Shown: in pieces, positions 59,631-64,000 of the stretch
How the letters are laid out: each line of letters opens with the position of its first letter
Position numbering within the stretch: position 1 is the first letter of the stretch
Assembly: GCA_965203295.1 (NCBI GenBank)
Contig: CBDBCZ010000017.1
Span: 1,856,001 to 1,920,000 of the forward strand
Direction: 5' to 3'
Source of the DNA: Nitrospirales bacterium
GTDB lineage: Bacteria; Nitrospirota; Nitrospiria; Nitrospirales; UBA8639
Length of the DNA stretch: 64,000 nt
Translations under genes and position numbers: made by a program
Notes under the pieces: model-generated
The model's input: the letters and a program-made list of their open reading frames with translations, nothing else
What the model was told of the DNA's origin: nothing
The model's database searches: none

Positions 59631-60635
59631 TCAAGCCTTCTTTTCACATTGTGGACCACTGTAGCCTGCATAGCATTCGCAATGCTTAGAATAACTGCAT
59701 GGGAATTAGAGATTGGTGAAAGTAATTACCCTGCGCGAATGAGGCGGGGTTAAGCAATTGGTTCTGTCTGTCTGTCTGTCCACTCAAATATTGATCTTTA
59801 TTGCGATTGACAGGGTTATGTGATTTCTAAAACTGACAGTAACATTGAAATCCAAACAAAATGTTTGGGTGCATACCTGATAGTGGCCAAAGCAGTTTTA
59901 TGCACTGATCTACATTTTTTAATACGGTCACAACTAGAATACGGCTGGGACCAAGCATATGCAGACTCTGGACACGTTCATATTGGTGTATGCGTAGAGA
60001 AGCATCTGTGTCAATAATACAGCGATTGGTCACACCCACCACGTGGCTATACAAGAGCTGTATATACATGTACACTCTGGGTGTGGCTACATAGCACCAA
60101 CAGCTCCATCACCCAAGTCTGCGGTCCAGCCAGGTTCCATTTGTAAACTATGCAGCGCGGGAGGCTTCAAGTTACCCTAGCCGTAAAAAGGTCATTCATG
60201 CTTTCACGTATCCAGTGTTACTAGTTGTCGCCAGTTCGCAATAAACACTGAATTTATGTGTACATACATACATGTATGATAAACTGTACATTCTAAGCTC
60301 TAAATTAACAAGCGCTACATGTACACTAACCTTGGCATGCATCTGCCATTACCGTTGCAGTTCTTCAGGCTGCACTGGCACATACTTTCTGTGAAGTTCA
60401 GTGCCATTGGTCCAACGTACTCTTTAACGTACTACAGAAAAAAAAGTTTGTTTGCTCAGTTAGGCTTCCATACTGGCACCCTTTGAAGTGCAAACACTTA
60501 CATTAATGAATGTGCCATTTGTCAGTTCAGACTCATCACCCCACATGACAACACCATCTGCTCCCATGTCATAAGGTCCAAGCAAGCCTGACTGCAGATC
60601 CTCCAAAGATAGAAGGGTGGTACCATTATGGTAGT
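59631..60635 (-). CDS. HYAL: Hyaluronidase (GH56) 3' portion, last three exons: 60635-60502, 60431-60331, 59694-59631; upstream exons not located
   Basis: Spliced translation YHNGTTLLSLEDLQSGLLGPYDMGADGVVMWGD..YVKEYVGPMALNFTESMCQCSLKNCNGNGRCMPSYSKHCECYAGYSGPQCEKKA* matches the GH56 GxxGVVxWG motif and the C-terminal HyalEGF domain; introns are GT-AG and in phase. Absent from the ORF track. Confidence 0.82.
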
Positions 60636-61108
60636 CTAGGTGTGCAAAGAGATTAGGTTAGACCCAACCGGAAGTTGAGAAAACAATTAATGACTGTATG
60701 GCTTTAACGCTCATTGCTCGACAGCATGACAGTGGAAGGCCACAGGAACGACAGGGCTAATTTAAGTTAACGGACTGGCAGGAACAAGGAATTCCTCAAT
60801 GTATACAGCCCTTCCACCATGCACTTCAAAAGCAGAGACGCGATCAACGAGTGTGTGTTTTCTACCCAGGACTGCCATTGTGGTGAATCTCTCCGATCGT
60901 TAGGTCTACAGTGTATAGGATACTGTACATTTCTAGACATTAAAAATGAAGACTTTTCGTCCTCCATTAGAGTGTATTGGTTGTAAGTCTGGTTTTGTAA
61001 ACTTGGCTCTGTACATACTGGAGGGAGACAAGAAGTCTTTGCTCTCAATGTCTGGACATGCACCTTGGAGCTTCAGTATAATTGACCCAGACCTACGAGT
61101 AGCTCGAG

Positions 61109-61683
61109 CAGGGGTGGATCTGGGGGGAGGGGGATGGGGGGGCTAATCCACCCCCCCTTTCAAAGTTCTAATCAATCTCTAATTTGCTCTAGTGCTTTCT
61201 TTGTTTCTTGCTTGCACTTTGGATAAAACCCTTAGGAGAGCACCACCGTTTGTGGGAGCAAAAGAGCACAAGCTAGTTCGCGAGACTAGGTAGTCATACA
61301 ATTTCTGCACACGATGGAGTTTGCGCATAGGCACGCGATTAAGGTGATCATGATTCATGAAGTGCTAGTCTTAGTAGCGATGGAACCATAGAATACAGCT
61401 ATATTATCTATGATGGAGCTACCAAGAGTGCTAGAGTCAGACAACGCAGCAGTGGGGGAATAGCCTCGTGCCCCAACTTATGTATTTGTGATAATTCTCC
61501 TCAGAAAGTACCCTTGTATGCATGTTAAACATCAGAAGTCACCAGATGCAACGTGAATGCTTAATTTTTTTTTCCCTGGGGGAGCATGCCCTCAGACCCC
61601 CCCACATTGCTGGCTACTTCGCAGCCAGAATCTGTTGTGTATGGCTGTGGATGCCCCCCCCCCCCTTCATAGATCCGCCCCTG
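61109..61683. mobile_element. MITE with CAGGGG(T/C)GGATCT termini
   Basis: CAGGGGTGGATCT / AGATCCGCCCCTG inverted ends; TSD not resolved. Confidence 0.6.
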
Positions 61684-61995
61684 TCAAGAGTCTGAAATTT
61701 ACTGTGAGAGATTATTCTGGCCACTGACTAGCACACACAAATGAGTAAAACTTCCAGTTGGTCCTAACCTTACATTCCTTTGCAGTACATGAATGGATAC
61801 ATCCTTAGAAAATTCTTTCAACTATAATTGAACCCACTAAGTGAATAGTCACTATTACACCACTTAGAAGTCATTTAAACACTTGAAGTCACTTAATTAG
61901 TGCTAAAGAGGTTTGGAGGTTGGTCAGACAGTTGTCCAGTGCAATAGGCAAATGAAAGTGTGTTTAGTCTTTGGTTCTGACAGCCTAACCTAATT

Positions 61996-62275
61996 TAGTC
62001 TCGTGCCCAGCCCCACGTTAGAAAGGTGGGTCTGGCTCCCCGTATATTCAAAGTTGGGTTAGCGTTACATCATATTACATCACCAAACGGATAGTGTCCA
62101 CGTGGCCACTAGTATCGATATATATCCGGATACTGCAACCATTTAGTGATGTAATACTATAATCAACCAATCACATTGTCGGTCCAGATTTGGGACCACT
62201 GAAGTAATGCTGCCCCAACTTTGAATATACAGGAGCCAGACCCACCTTCCTAACAAGGGGCTGGGCACGAGACTA
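61996..62275. mobile_element. TAG..CTA MITE with 9-bp TSD
   Basis: TAGTCTCGTGCCCAGCCCC / GGGGCTGGGCACGAGACTA with long internal inverted arms; flanks AACCTAATT / AACCTAATC. Confidence 0.85.
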
Positions 62276-63894
62276 AACCTAATCAAGTACTTAAGAGCCA
62301 CTGCCTATTTACCTTCTACTGTGGACAACCAACTTGTGACCTTCGATGATCAGAGGTCTCAAAATCGATCACATGACAGCGAATTATATTGCTTAATGCA
62401 CACTTAAGCATGCATTATCTAGATAGCGCACACTTTCTAAACAAGGCCCAACAGAATTGTGGCTGTTTCAGGTCAGTAAGAGAACTAAATACTTTAGACA
62501 CCAGTTGGCAGTGACTACGGGATTTAATTAGTGCATGAGGACAATTCGGCTCGTGCATTATCAGGTCAAGACCATTACCTTATTGTCCGAGCGCACTAAT
62601 TAAATCCTGTATTCACTGCAAACTGGTATCTATATATTACTTAATGTCCTCGCGCGCTAACTATATCCCGTAATGCACTGCCAACTGGTATCTAAATATT
62701 ACTTAGATACCTGTTATCTCATTAAGGCATAATTGAACCTTAAGGTTCACCAATTTTTCAAAAGTCAAGCCAGCCAACTGCACATGTGAGATATGGCTAC
62801 GATGGTGTGTGTTTCCGAGAATCAGTAATAGCTACCACGTTCAAGGGACAGGGCCGTGCACTGTGAATCGGGGCAGATCACAGGAAAGGTGTTGTCTTCT
62901 GTCTTTGTCAGAGAATGTAGCTATGAACTAGCTAGCTCTCTACATGGGTACAGTGGAAACCCTCTACAGTGCAGCCCCTCTAATGTGGACAACTTGGGAG
63001 GTGTCGTCCTCTTTTCAGGGGTAAATTTATACTAAGAAAGCATATTGAGGACATAGCAAAGTGTCCTTAATACTGAAGTGTCCTTACTTCAGGGGTGTCC
63101 TTTAAGAGGGGTTCCATGTCCTGCGTAGAAAGGTGTCCTCATTTCAGGGGGAACTTTACATACTTGGGACACAGCAACGTGTCCTTAAGGTAGGAAGAGC
63201 CTCACCTGGAATCCACAATTCAAATGGACGGCTTTGTTGATAACATGAAAGTCTACCTTGAATTGACAAAAATTTTGCATCTAACCACACCTCCTGCTAA
63301 ATAATCCACAAAAACGCAATTTCGGGTTGCTTTAAAATACGAGAAATTTTGGAATCTGCTAGAGCCCCACCCACAGTCTGGCAACAACACCAGTACCTAC
63401 AGAGGACAGGCTACAAACGTAGGTATGCTTTTTCACAGGAATGCTTCAAAGCCAGTTTTACAGCCCTGAACGCATCCAACCACCCCAAAACCCTCATTTT
63501 CGCTATCCTGACTTTCAAAAAAAATTCGGCAACCGCCCACGCTCACCCGACGAATTCGAGCCCTGCATTACAAACTTCAACCTACTCCCACAAAAATTAG
63601 GAATGCGATTTTTCATTCACCCCTCGGTTTCTGAGAACCACCCACCAGAGCTCTCCCTATAAATCTCCACAGATTTTCACACAACTAGCTATTCCAGCTA
63701 ATTTAAAAAAAATGGGCGGGGCCTACAGACCCGAAAGGTGACTATTCTAGCCTACCTGAGATGGGCAACAACCTGCCACTATCCGTCTGTCTGGCTGACT
63801 TCTAGCCACTCGGGCAGCCTAACAAACTTTCTACAACACACTAGCTAGCTATTCTGACATAAAAAGCCTACTCACAATTCTATAATGTCATATC

Positions 63895-63930
<36 letters not shown>

Positions 63931-64000
63931 TGTTGAAAGCCAACATCAGAGTACCGCTCAACCACATCAAAGTGCCGATATCACATATGAAAGAGCCGCT

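Noticed and set aside
61773..61805. Possible upstream hyaluronidase exon
   Set aside because: No convincing GH56 similarity in the phase required.

Overview
Eukaryotic (animal) genomic DNA with spliced, intron-rich genes in a dense background of DNA-transposon remnants. Gene style and transposon types suggest a marine invertebrate, possibly a demosponge (inference). Six protein genes could be spliced by hand: a secreted HEXXH metalloprotease (-), a C1orf74/DUF4504 homologue (+), SNIP1 (-, 10 exons, 11-kb first intron), DCP1 (+, 8 exons, head-to-head with SNIP1), PFKFB (+, 17 exons) and the last three exons of a hyaluronidase (-). Most ORFs in the supplied track are spurious or partial exons. 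Non-coding DNA holds nested pogo, P-like, Ginger-like and Academ-like remnants, MITE families with verifiable TA, 7-bp or 9-bp target duplications, and a repeated ~360-bp unit with an internal TATA-preceded tRNA-Thr(AGT)-like gene. TACATGTA motifs are pervasive and look like Tc1/mariner-pogo excision footprints. No CRISPR array or prokaryotic operon was found.
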